Assembly: GCA_026770705.1 (NCBI GenBank)
Contig: JANJGN010000002.1
Coordinates: 208,940,001 to 209,004,000, forward strand
From: Isurus oxyrinchus
Lineage: Eukaryota
Length of the DNA: 64,000 nucleotides
Direction of reading: 5' to 3'
Below are positions 1 through 13,100 of the stretch, piece after piece (positions within the stretch are counted from its first letter, which is position 1; each line of letters starts with the position of its first letter). The notes beneath the pieces are model-generated. The model made no database searches and had not been told where the DNA came from. It saw only the letters and a program-made list of their open reading frames with translations. The position numbers and the translations under genes are program-made.

Positions 1-329
1 TCAGCCCTTAAGGAGCTGCATAAGGGCCTCACTCTGCCAGCAATGATATTCAACCAGTCAGCATGACGCCAGTCACGTACATTAAATGCCACCCATAAAG
101 TTGCAAAATATATTCTTGTTACCATTCTTTCTTAGGAATGGATCGTTATTTTCCATTCTTGGTACAGATTTGCAGCAATGAACAAAATCCAGTTAAGAGG
201 CAACTTAGCATCGCAAAGGTCATAAAATATCTGCTGTAGTCAAAGACTTTTTAATTATGCTAATGCACACTTATACTATAATTCTTCACCATAATGACAG
301 AAACAATAGCAGTAACATAATAGGAAATA

Positions 330-760
330 GCATTAAAATCTGCTCATTCATGCTCAGTTTGTGTTTCTCATTGACCGATCAACTTCAAACCCCGTTATTC
401 TTAGTTCAAAATGGACAAATTAGATAAATTGCAGAAGTGAGATGAGAATAGCTGCCCATGACATCTACTCAGCATACATCAACATGTGGCTCTGAGAGCC
501 TTAGCAAAATTGAGCATCCTGAGTGTTCTGGATCAATTACTCCACTCGTTGGGATCATACCGAGTACAATGGAAGATCGGAAGGGTTGTTCCACGTCGTT
601 CATCTCACTCTATGGAAATCTCTGCAAGAATCCCTCAGGGTAGGCTTCTCGGCCCAACCATCTTCAATTGCTTCAACAATGGCCTTCAGAAGTAGGGATG
701 TTTGCTGCTGGTTGCACAGTGTTCAGTGCCTTTTCCAATTCCTGAAATAATGATGCGCTC
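330..760 (+). mobile_element. Degenerate non-LTR retrotransposon (CR1/L2-group LINE) reverse transcriptase fragment, type A copy; one copy in each of the 40 units; boundaries approximate
   Basis: Colinear decayed RT motifs across frameshifts and stops: NLLIHAQF(V/L)F (cf. LL.D.QFGFR), RSEMRIAAHDIYSAY(I/V)NMW (cf. V.LDI..AFDRVW), ALAKL...LGSY, ISARIPQGRLLGPTIFNCF(I/N)NGL (cf. GVPQGSVLGP.LF..FINDL), EVGMFAAGCTVFS (cf. FADD catalytic motif, both Asp lost). Confidence 0.88.
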
Positions 761-1090
761 CCTAAACAACATTTCAAAATTTGTAACAAACTTTCAAGTA
801 TATGTATATTTATAATGTATGACAAAAGCAGGAAACCTGTCCTAAGCAGATCTCACAAATTGAACTCGATCAAAACACATAGTTGGTTCCATTGACTGCA
901 ACTTTCAAAGTTCTCCTTCCTCTGGTGACACCAAAGACAACTGGTGATGCAGAATTCACGTCAGGTGGAAGCTTTGGAGAGAGAAACCAATTCTTGTACT
1001 GGTACTGATCTGAAACAAATATTTGACTCTTCACCCAACGGAATTTCCTCAACCTCTGAGTCTTTACAAGATTTTCTGTTTTAATTTCAG

Positions 1091-1192
1091 ATAACGCAAC
1101 AAAGGATTCTTCACATTTTGGTCTAGAAAACATTACAGGAAATGAAACATCAAGAGCAGAAAACCGTCCTTCAACATTTCCACCATCAACAG
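1091..1192 (+). CDS. Type A repeat exon (14 copies): (D)NATKDSSHFGLENITGNETSRAENRPSTFPPST
   Basis: ttttctgttttaatttcag|ATAACGCAAC...CCATCAACAG|gtgtgtaa; 102 nt; sequons NAT, NIT, NET. Confidence 0.7.
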
Positions 1193-4100
1193 GTGTGTAA
1201 AATGGAACTCCAGCTATCACATTTCAAAACATGGATGTGAGTTCAAAATTCACGTCTATTACTGGTCTTGGTCATTACAAGAGCAAACACGACAGCATTG
1301 CCTGAATGTTCAGAATCGAGCACAGAAATGGAACCATTAATAATTCCAGAATTCCTTCAACCTATGTAACATTAGTATCTATGGCAACTGTTATAGACTG
1401 TGTCAATCTGATTGGTGCAGTTTAAAAGGTATTTACAAGACCAAATGTGGTCTACAGCGCAGAACTTAATGTCCACCACAGATGTCAATCCAGACACTGG
1501 GTTTGGGGCCATGTAATTTGATGGCAGTGTGCGGAGTGGAGATCAAGCTGCGAGTCAGAAGGATAAGGGGCATGCCTTCCTGCCAGGAATCCACATTCAG
1601 CCCTTAAGGAGCTGCATAAGGGCCTCACTCTGCCAGCAATGATATTCAACCAGTCAGCATGACGCCAGTCACGTACATTAAATGCCACCCATAAAGTTGC
1701 AAAATATATTCTTGTTACCATTCTTTCTTAGGAATGGATCGTTATTTTCCATTCTTGGCACAGATTTGCAGCAATGAACAAAATCCAGATAAGAGGCAAC
1801 TTAGCATCGCAAAGGTCATAAAATATCTGCTGTAGTCAAAGACTTTTTAATTATTCTAAAGCACACTTATACTATAATTCTTCACCATAATGACAGAAAC
1901 AATAGCAGTAACATAATAGGAAATATCATTAAAACCTGCTTATTCATGGTCAGTTTGTGTTTCTCATTGTCCGATCAACTTCAAACCCCATTCATCTTAG
2001 TTCAAAATAGACAAATTAGATAAACTCCAGAAGTGAGATGAGAATGGCTGCCCATGACATCTACTCAGCATACGTCAACATGTGGCTCTGAGAGCCTTAG
2101 CAAATTTGAGCATCCTGAGCGTTCTGGATCAATTACTCCAATCGTTGGGATCATACCGAGCACAATGGAGGATCGGAGGGGTTGTTCCACGTCGCTCTAT
2201 GGAAATCTCTGCAAGAATCCCTCAGGGTAGGCTTCTCGGCCCAATCATCTTCAATTGCTTCATCAATGGCCTACTGAAGGAGGGATGTTTGCTGCTGGTT
2301 GCACAGTGTTCAGTACCTTTTCCAAACCCTGAGAAAATGATGCACTTCCTAAACAACATTTCAAAATTCGTAACAAACTTTCAAATATATGTAAATTTCA
2401 AATATACAATAAAAGTAGGATTCCTGTCCTAAGCAGATCTCACAAGTTCAACTTGATCAAAACACATATTTGATTTCATTTACTGCAACTATCAAAATTG
2501 TCCTTCCTCTACTGACACCAAAGATAACTGTTGATGCAGAATCCAAGTCAGGTGGAAGTTTTGGAGAGAGAAACCAATTGTTCTACTGATAACGATCTGA
2601 AACTAATATTTTACTCTTCACTCTACGGAATCTGCTTCAACCTTTGAGACTTTACAAGATTTTCTGTTTTAATTACAGATTACACCACAAAGGAATCTTC
2701 ATATTTTGGTCTGGAAAACATTACAGGAAATGAAACATCAAGAGCGGAAAACCCTCCTTCAACATTTCCACCATCAACAGGTATGTAAAATTGAACTCCA
2801 GTAATCACATGTCAAACTATGGATGTGAGTTCAAAATTCAGGGACATCCCATCTTTTACTGGTCTTGGTCATTACAAGAGCAAACACAACAGTATTTCCT
2901 GAATGTTCAGAATCGAGCACAGAAACGGAACCATTAATAAATGCCAGAATTCCTTCAACCCATGTAACATTAGTATCTATGGCAACTGTTCTGAACAGTG
3001 TCAATCTGATTGATGCAGTTTAAGAGGTACTAACAAGACCAAATACAGTGCAGAACTTAATGTCCACCACAGATGCCAATCCAGGGACTGGGTTTGGGGC
3101 CATGTAATTTGATGGGAGTGTGCGCATTGGCAATCAAGCTGCGAGTCAGAAAGATAAAGGGCAGCCTTCCTGCCAGGAATCCACATTCGGCGCGTAAGGA
3201 GCTGCATAAGGGCCTCACTCTGCCACCAATGTTATTCAACCAGTCGGCATGACACCAGTCACATATATTAAATGCCGCCCATAAATTACAAAATATGTTC
3301 TTGTTACTATTCTATCTTAGGAATGGATCGTTATTTTCCTTTCTTGGTACATGTTTGCTACAATGAACAACATCCAGATAAGAGGCGGAGATCATATAAT
3401 TTCTGCTGCAGTCAAAGACCTTTTAATTATGCTAATGCACACTTACACTATAATTCTTCACCATAATGACAGAAATACGAGCACTAACATAATGGGAAAT
3501 AGCACTAAAAACCTGCTCATTCATGCTCAGTTTTTGTTTCTCGTTGATCGGTCAACTTCAAGCACTGTTAGTCTTAGTTCAAAATGGACAAATTAGATAA
3601 ATTGCAGAAGTGAGATGAGAATAGCTGCCCATGACATCTACTCAGCATACGTCAACATGTGGCTCTGAGAGCCTTAGCAAAATTGAGCATCCTGAGCGTT
3701 CTGGATCAATTACTCCACTCGTTGGGATCATACCGAGCACAATGGAAGATCGGAGGGGTTGTTCCATATCACTCATCTCACTCTATGGAAATCTCTGCAA
3801 GAATCCCTCAGGATAGTCTCCTCGACCCAACCATCTTCAATTGCTTCATCAATGGCCTACTGAAGTAGGGATGTTTGCTGCTGGTTGCACAGTGTTCAGC
3901 GCCTTTTCCAATTACTGAGACAATAATGCACTTCCAAAACAACATTTCAAAATTCCTAACAGACTTTCAAACATATGTATATTTAAGATATACAAAAAAA
4001 GCAGGATTCCTGTCCTAAGCATATCTCACAAATTCAACTGGATCAAAACACATATTTGATTCCATTTACTGCAACTATCAAAATTGTCCTTCCTCTAGTG

Positions 4101-7100
4101 ACACCAAAGTTGATGAAGAATCCACTTCACGTGGAAGCTTCGGACAGAGAAACCAATTGTTGTACTGATATCAAGTTGAAACAAATATTTGGCTCTTCAC
4201 TCTACGGAATCTGCCTCAACCTCTGAGTCTTTACAAGATTTTCTGTTTTAATTTCAGATTACAATACAAAGGATTCTTCACATTTTGAACTGGAAAACAT
4301 TACAGGAAATGAAACATCAAGAGCAGAAAACCCTCCTTCAACATTTCCACCATCAACAGGTATGTAAAATGGAACTCCAGCTATCACATGTCAAAATATG
4401 GTGTGAGTCCAAAATTCAGGGACATCCCGTCTTTTACTGGTCTTGGTCATTACAAGAGCAAACACGACAGCATTTCCTGAATGTTCAGAATCGAGCACAG
4501 AAACGGAACCATTAATAAATGCCAGAATTCCTTCAACCCATGTAACATTAGTATCTATGGCAACTGTTATGGACTGTGTCAATCTGATTGATGCAGTTTA
4601 GGATGTATTAACAAGGCCAAATGTGGTCTACAGCGCAGAACTTAATGTCCACCACAGATGCCAATCCAGAGACTGGGTTTGGGGCAATGTAATTTGATGG
4701 GAGTGTGCGCATTGGCAATCAAGCTGCGAGTCCAAAGGATAAAGGACAGCCTTCCTGCCAGGAATCCACATTCAGCCCTTAAGAAGCTGCTTAAGGGCCG
4801 CACTCTGCCACCAATGATATTCAACCAGTTGGCATGACACCAGTCACGTACATTAAATGCCACGCATGATGTTGCAAAAGATTTTCTTGTTACTATTCTT
4901 TCTTAGGAATGGATCGTTATTTTCCTTTCTTGGTACAGATTTGCTACAATGAACAAAATCCAGATAAGGGGCAACTTAGCATCGCAAAGATCATATAATT
5001 GCTGCTGTAGTCAAAGACTTTTTAATTATGCTAATGCACACTTATAATATAATTCTTCACCATAATGACAGAAACAAGAGCAGTAACATATTGGGAAATA
5101 GCACTAAAAACCTGCTCATTCATGCTCAGTTTGTGTTTCTCATTGACTGATCAACTTCAAACCCCGTTATTCTTAGTTCAAAATGGACAAATTAGATAAA
5201 TTGCAGAAGTGAGATGAGAATAGCTGCCCATGACATCTACTCAGCATACGTCAACATGTGGCTCTCAGAGCCTTAGCAAAATTGAGCATCCTGAGCGTTC
5301 TGGTTCAATTACTCCACTCGTTGGGATCATACCGAGCACAATGGAAGATCGGAAGGGTTGTTCCACGTCGTTCATCTCACTCTATGGAAATCTCTGCAAG
5401 AATCCCTCAGGGTAGGCTTCTCGGCCCAACCATCTTCAACTGCTTCATCCATGGCCTACTGAAGGAGGGATGTTTGCTGCTGGTTGCACAGTGTTCAGTA
5501 CCTATTCCAAATCCTGAGAAAATGATGCACTTCCTAAACAACATTTCAAAATTCGTAACAAACTTTCAAATATATGTAAATTTCAAATATACAATAAAAG
5601 CAGGATTCCTGTCCTAAGCAGATCTCACAAATTCAACTGGATCCAAACACATATTTGATTTCATTTACTGCAACTATCAAAATTGTCCTTCCTCTAGTGA
5701 CACCAAAGATAAATGTTGCTGCAGCATCCAAGTCAAATGGAAGTTTTGGGCAGAGAAACCAATTGTTCTACTGATAGCGATCTGAAACTAATATTTTACT
5801 CTTCACTCTACAGAATCTGCCTCAACCTTGGAGTCTTTACAAGATTTTCTGCTTTTATTTCAGATTACACCACAAAGGAATCTTCACATTTTGGTCTGGA
5901 AAACATTACAGGAAATGAAACATCAAGAGCAGAAAAAGCACCTTCAACATTTCCACCATCAACAGGTATGTAAAATTGAACTCCAGTTATCACATGTCCA
6001 AATATGGATGTGAGTTCAAAATTCAGGGACATCCCGTCTTTTATTAGTTCTGGTCATTACAAGAGCAAACACGACAGCATTTCCTGAATGTTCAGAATCG
6101 AGCACAGAAATGGAACCATTAATAAATGCCAGAATTCCTACAACCCATGTAACGTTAGTATCAATGGCAACTGTTATGGACTGTGTCAATCTGACTGATG
6201 CAGTTTAAGAGGTACTAACAAGACCAAATGTGATCTCCAGCACAGAACTTAATGTCCACCACAATGCCAATCCAGTGACTGGGTTTTGGGCCACGTAATT
6301 TGATGGGAGTGTGCGAAGTGGAGATCAAGCTGCATGTCAGAAGGATAAAGGGCAGCCTTCCTGCCAGGAATCCACATTCGGCTCTTAAGGAGCTGCATGA
6401 CAGCCTCACGCTGCCAACAATGATATTCAATCATTCAGCATGATATCAGTCTCGTACATTAAATGCCACCCATAAAGTTGCGAAATATGTTCTTGTTGCT
6501 ATTCTTTCTTAGGAATGGATCGTTATTTTCTTCTCTTGGTACAGATTTGCAGCAATGAACAAAATCCAGATAAGAGGCAACTTAGCATCGCAAAGATCAT
6601 ATAATTTCTGCTGTAGTCAAAGACTTTTTAATTATGCTAATACACCATTATACTATAATTCTTCACCATAATGACAGAAATAAGAGCAGTAATATATTGT
6701 GAAATAGCACTAAAAACCTGTTCAATCATGCTCAGTTTGTGTTTCTCATTGACCAATCAACTTCAAACCCCATTGGTCTTAGTTCAAAATGGACAAATTA
6801 GATAAATTGCAGAAGTGAGATGAGAATAGCTGCCCATGACATCAACTCAGCATACGTCAAAATGTGCCTCTCAGAGTCTTAGCAAAATTGAGCATCCTGA
6901 GCGTTCTGGATCAATTATTCCACTCGTTGGGATCATACCGAGCACAATGGATGATCAGAGGGGTTGTTCCATGTCGCTCATCTCACTCTATGGAAATCTC
7001 TGCAAGAATCCCTCAGGGTAGGATCCTCGGCCCAACCATCTTCAATTGCTTCATCAATGGCCTACAGAAGTAGGGATGTTTGCTGCTGGTTGCACAGTGT

Positions 7101-10100
7101 TCAGTACCTTTTCCAATTCCTGAAATAATGATGCACTTCCAAAACAACATTTCAAAATTCATAACAATCTTTCAAATATATGTATATTTATAATGTACAA
7201 CAAAAGCACGATACCTGTCCTGAGCATATCTCACAAATTCAACTGGATCAAAAGACATATTTGATTCCATTTACTGCAACTTTCAAAGTACTCCTTCTTC
7301 TAGTGACACCAAAGACAACTGGTGATGCAGAATTCACGTCAGGTGGAAGCTTCGGAGAGAGAAACCAATTCTTGTACTGGTACTGATCTGAAACAAATAT
7401 TTTGCACTTCACTCTATGGAATCTTCCTCAACATCTGAGTCTTGACAAGATTTTCTGTTTTAATTTCAGATAACACAACAAAGGATTCTTCACAGTTTGA
7501 TCTGGAAAACAATACAGGAAATGAAACATCAAGAGCAGAAAACCCTCCTTCAACATTTCCACCATCAACAGGTATGTAAAATTGAACTCCAGCTATTACA
7601 TGTCAAAATATGGATGTGAGTTCAAAATTCAGGGACTTTCCCGTCTTTTACTGGTTCTGGTCATTACAAGAGCAAACACGACCACATTTCCTGAATGTTG
7701 CTGAATGAGCACAGAAACGGAACCATTAATAAATGCCAGAATTCCTTCAACCCATTAACGTTAGTATCTATGGCAACTGTTATGGACTGTGTCAATCTGA
7801 CTGATGCAGTTTAAGAGGTACAAACAAGACCAAATGTGATCTCCAGCACAGAACTTAATATCCACCACAATGCCAATCCAGTGACTGGGTTTGGGGCCAT
7901 GTAATTTGATGGGAGTGTGCAAAGTGGAGATCAAGCTGCGAGTCAGAAGGATAAAGGGCAGCCTTCCTGCCAGGAATCCACATTTGGCTCTTAAGGAGCT
8001 GCATGACAGCCTCACGCTGCCAACAATGATATTCAATCATTCAGCATGATATCAGTCTCGTACATTAAATGCCGCCCATAAAGTTGCGAAATATGTTCTT
8101 GTTGCTATTCTTTCTTAGGAATGGATCGTTATTTTCCATTCTTGGCACAGATTTGCAGCAATGAACAAAATCCAGTTAAGAGGCAACTTAGCATCGCAAA
8201 GGTCATAAAATATCTGCTGTAGTCAAAGACTTTTTAATTATGCTAATGCACACTTATACTATAATTCTTCACCATAATGACAGAAACAATAGCAGTAACA
8301 TAATAGGAAATAGCATTAAAATCTGCTCATTCATGCTCAGTTTGTGTTTCTCATTGACCGATCAACTTCAAACCCCGTTATTCTTAGTTCAAAATGGACA
8401 AATTAGATAAATTGCAGAAGTGAGATGAGAATAGCTGCCCATGACATCTACTCAGCATACATCAACATGTGGCTCTGAGAGCCTTAGCAAAATTGAGCAT
8501 CCTGAGTGTTCTGGATCAATTACTCCACTCGTTGGGATCATACCGAGTACAATGGAAGATCGGAAGGGTTGTTCCACGTCGTTCATCTCACTCTATGGAA
8601 ATCTCTGCAAGAATCCCTCAGGGTAGGCTTCTCGGCCCAACCATCTTCAATTGCTTCAACAATGGCCTTCAGAAGTAGGGATGTTTGCTGCTGGTTGCAC
8701 AGTGTTCAGTGCCTTTTCCAATTCCTGAAATAATGATGCGCTCCCTAAACAACATTTCAAAATTTGTAACAAACTTTCAAGTATATGTATATTTATAATG
8801 TATGACAAAAGCAGGAAACCTGTCCTAAGCAGATCTCACAAATTGAACTCGATCAAAACACATAGTTGGTTCCATTGACTGCAACTTTCAAAGTTCTCCT
8901 TCCTCTGGTGACACCAAAGACAACTGGTGATGCAGAATTCACGTCAGGTGGAAGCTTTGGAGAGAGAAACCAATTCTTGTACTGGTACTGATCTGAAACA
9001 AATATTTGACTCTTCACCCAACGGAATTTCCTCAACCTCTGAGTCTTTACAAGATTTTCTGTTTTAATTTCAGATAACGCAACAAAGGATTCTTCACATT
9101 TTGGTCTAGAAAACATTACAGGAAATGAAACATCAAGAGCAGAAAACCGTCCTTCAACATTTCCACCATCAACAGGTGTGTAAAATGGAACTCCAGCTAT
9201 CACATTTCAAAACATGGATGTGAGTTCAAAATTCACGTCTATTACTGGTCTTGGTCATTACAAGAGCAAACACGACAGCATTGCCTGAATGTTCAGAATC
9301 GAGCACAGAAATGGAACCATTAATAATTCCAGAATTCCTTCAACCTATGTAACATTAGTATCTATGGCAACTGTTATAGACTGTGTCAATCTGATTGGTG
9401 CAGTTTAAAAGGTATTTACAAGACCAAATGTGGTCTACAGCGCAGAACTTAATGTCCACCACAGATGTCAATCCAGACACTGGGTTTGGGGCCATGTAAT
9501 TTGATGGCAGTGTGCGGAGTGGAGATCAAGCTGCGAGTCAGAAGGATAAGGGGCATGCCTTCCTGCCAGGAATCCACATTCAGCCCTTAAGGAGCTGCAT
9601 AAGGGCCTCACTCTGCCAGCAATGATATTCAACCAGTCAGCATGACGCCAGTCACGTACATTAAATGCCACCCATAAAGTTGCAAAATATATTCTTGTTA
9701 CCATTCTTTCTTAGGAATGGATCGTTATTTTCCATTCTTGGCACAGATTTGCAGCAATGAACAAAATCCAGATAAGAGGCAACTTAGCATCGCAAAGGTC
9801 ATAAAATATCTGCTGTAGTCAAAGACTTTTTAATTATTCTAAAGCACACTTATACTATAATTCTTCACCATAATGACAGAAACAATAGCAGTAACATAAT
9901 AGGAAATATCATTAAAACCTGCTTATTCATGGTCAGTTTGTGTTTCTCATTGTCCGATCAACTTCAAACCCCATTCATCTTAGTTCAAAATAGACAAATT
10001 AGATAAACTCCAGAAGTGAGATGAGAATGGCTGCCCATGACATCTACTCAGCATACGTCAACATGTGGCTCTGAGAGCCTTAGCAAATTTGAGCATCCTG

Positions 10101-13100
10101 AGCGTTCTGGATCAATTACTCCAATCGTTGGGATCATACCGAGCACAATGGAGGATCGGAGGGGTTGTTCCACGTCGCTCTATGGAAATCTCTGCAAGAA
10201 TCCCTCAGGGTAGGCTTCTCGGCCCAATCATCTTCAATTGCTTCATCAATGGCCTACTGAAGGAGGGATGTTTGCTGCTGGTTGCACAGTGTTCAGTACC
10301 TTTTCCAAACCCTGAGAAAATGATGCACTTCCTAAACAACATTTCAAAATTCGTAACAAACTTTCAAATATATGTAAATTTCAAATATACAATAAAAGTA
10401 GGATTCCTGTCCTAAGCAGATCTCACAAGTTCAACTTGATCAAAACACATATTTGATTTCATTTACTGCAACTATCAAAATTGTCCTTCCTCTACTGACA
10501 CCAAAGATAACTGTTGATGCAGAATCCAAGTCAGGTGGAAGTTTTGGAGAGAGAAACCAATTGTTCTACTGATAACGATCTGAAACTAATATTTTACTCT
10601 TCACTCTACGGAATCTGCTTCAACCTTTGAGACTTTACAAGATTTTCTGTTTTAATTACAGATTACACCACAAAGGAATCTTCATATTTTGGTCTGGAAA
10701 ACATTACAGGAAATGAAACATCAAGAGCGGAAAACCCTCCTTCAACATTTCCACCATCAACAGGTATGTAAAATTGAACTCCAGTAATCACATGTCAAAC
10801 TATGGATGTGAGTTCAAAATTCAGGGACATCCCATCTTTTACTGGTCTTGGTCATTACAAGAGCAAACACAACAGTATTTCCTGAATGTTCAGAATCGAG
10901 CACAGAAACGGAACCATTAATAAATGCCAGAATTCCTTCAACCCATGTAACATTAGTATCTATGGCAACTGTTCTGAACAGTGTCAATCTGATTGATGCA
11001 GTTTAAGAGGTACTAACAAGACCAAATACAGTGCAGAACTTAATGTCCACCACAGATGCCAATCCAGGGACTGGGTTTGGGGCCATGTAATTTGATGGGA
11101 GTGTGCGCATTGGCAATCAAGCTGCGAGTCAGAAAGATAAAGGGCAGCCTTCCTGCCAGGAATCCACATTCGGCGCGTAAGGAGCTGCATAAGGGCCTCA
11201 CTCTGCCACCAATGTTATTCAACCAGTCGGCATGACACCAGTCACATATATTAAATGCCGCCCATAAATTACAAAATATGTTCTTGTTACTATTCTATCT
11301 TAGGAATGGATCGTTATTTTCCTTTCTTGGTACATGTTTGCTACAATGAACAACATCCAGATAAGAGGCGGAGATCATATAATTTCTGCTGCAGTCAAAG
11401 ACCTTTTAATTATGCTAATGCACACTTACACTATAATTCTTCACCATAATGACAGAAATACGAGCACTAACATAATGGGAAATAGCACTAAAAACCTGCT
11501 CATTCATGCTCAGTTTTTGTTTCTCGTTGATCGGTCAACTTCAAGCACTGTTAGTCTTAGTTCAAAATGGACAAATTAGATAAATTGCAGAAGTGAGATG
11601 AGAATAGCTGCCCATGACATCTACTCAGCATACGTCAACATGTGGCTCTGAGAGCCTTAGCAAAATTGAGCATCCTGAGCGTTCTGGATCAATTACTCCA
11701 CTCGTTGGGATCATACCGAGCACAATGGAAGATCGGAGGGGTTGTTCCATATCACTCATCTCACTCTATGGAAATCTCTGCAAGAATCCCTCAGGATAGT
11801 CTCCTCGACCCAACCATCTTCAATTGCTTCATCAATGGCCTACTGAAGTAGGGATGTTTGCTGCTGGTTGCACAGTGTTCAGCGCCTTTTCCAATTACTG
11901 AGACAATAATGCACTTCCAAAACAACATTTCAAAATTCCTAACAGACTTTCAAACATATGTATATTTAAGATATACAAAAAAAGCAGGATTCCTGTCCTA
12001 AGCATATCTCACAAATTCAACTGGATCAAAACACATATTTGATTCCATTTACTGCAACTATCAAAATTGTCCTTCCTCTAGTGACACCAAAGTTGATGAA
12101 GAATCCACTTCACGTGGAAGCTTCGGACAGAGAAACCAATTGTTGTACTGATATCAAGTTGAAACAAATATTTGGCTCTTCACTCTACGGAATCTGCCTC
12201 AACCTCTGAGTCTTTACAAGATTTTCTGTTTTAATTTCAGATTACAATACAAAGGATTCTTCACATTTTGAACTGGAAAACATTACAGGAAATGAAACAT
12301 CAAGAGCAGAAAACCCTCCTTCAACATTTCCACCATCAACAGGTATGTAAAATGGAACTCCAGCTATCACATGTCAAAATATGGTGTGAGTCCAAAATTC
12401 AGGGACATCCCGTCTTTTACTGGTCTTGGTCATTACAAGAGCAAACACGACAGCATTTCCTGAATGTTCAGAATCGAGCACAGAAACGGAACCATTAATA
12501 AATGCCAGAATTCCTTCAACCCATGTAACATTAGTATCTATGGCAACTGTTATGGACTGTGTCAATCTGATTGATGCAGTTTAGGATGTATTAACAAGGC
12601 CAAATGTGGTCTACAGCGCAGAACTTAATGTCCACCACAGATGCCAATCCAGAGACTGGGTTTGGGGCAATGTAATTTGATGGGAGTGTGCGCATTGGCA
12701 ATCAAGCTGCGAGTCCAAAGGATAAAGGACAGCCTTCCTGCCAGGAATCCACATTCAGCCCTTAAGAAGCTGCTTAAGGGCCGCACTCTGCCACCAATGA
12801 TATTCAACCAGTTGGCATGACACCAGTCACGTACATTAAATGCCACGCATGATGTTGCAAAAGATTTTCTTGTTACTATTCTTTCTTAGGAATGGATCGT
12901 TATTTTCCTTTCTTGGTACAGATTTGCTACAATGAACAAAATCCAGATAAGGGGCAACTTAGCATCGCAAAGATCATATAATTGCTGCTGTAGTCAAAGA
13001 CTTTTTAATTATGCTAATGCACACTTATAATATAATTCTTCACCATAATGACAGAAACAAGAGCAGTAACATATTGGGAAATAGCACTAAAAACCTGCTC

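Larger units (their letters stand above)
458..8440. repeat. HOR copy ABCDE, preceded by an A-type tail at 1-457 (probably the remainder of an AABCDE unit)
   Basis: Bases 1-457 match the A>A junction sequence at 36721-37177. Confidence 0.93.

Noticed and set aside
136-161. Second candidate plus-strand micro-exon (ttctttcttag|GAATGG...TTCTTG|gtacag)
   Set aside because: The acceptor looks good, but 26 nt is not frame-preserving and the donor is GC in the A>B and E>A introns.
434-640. Candidate exon from aaattgcag| to CAGG|gtaggc
   Set aside because: There are stops in all three frames after the acceptor, the donor is lost in type C, and the segment lies in the LINE remnant.
330-760. Active retroelement or functional RT system
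   Set aside because: The catalytic Asp-Asp is lost, there are frameshifts and stops, and only about 430 bp of RT is present with no endonuclease or ORF1.
742-836. Apparent 95-nt GT-AG intron on the minus strand joining protein-like frames (...FDPVEFVRYAQDR|NWKRY...)
   Set aside because: The donor GT exists only in types A and E. The flanking frames contain multiple stops and need a frameshift. The downstream 'exon' is simply the antisense of the LINE RT remnant.
6026-6150. S/T-rich frame after the exon (TRANTTAFPECSESSTEMEPLINARIPTT), possibly a degenerate exon duplicate
   Set aside because: It shares only scattered short words with the exon. The candidate acceptor (aaattcag) is weak and deleted in type A, and there is no conserved donor.
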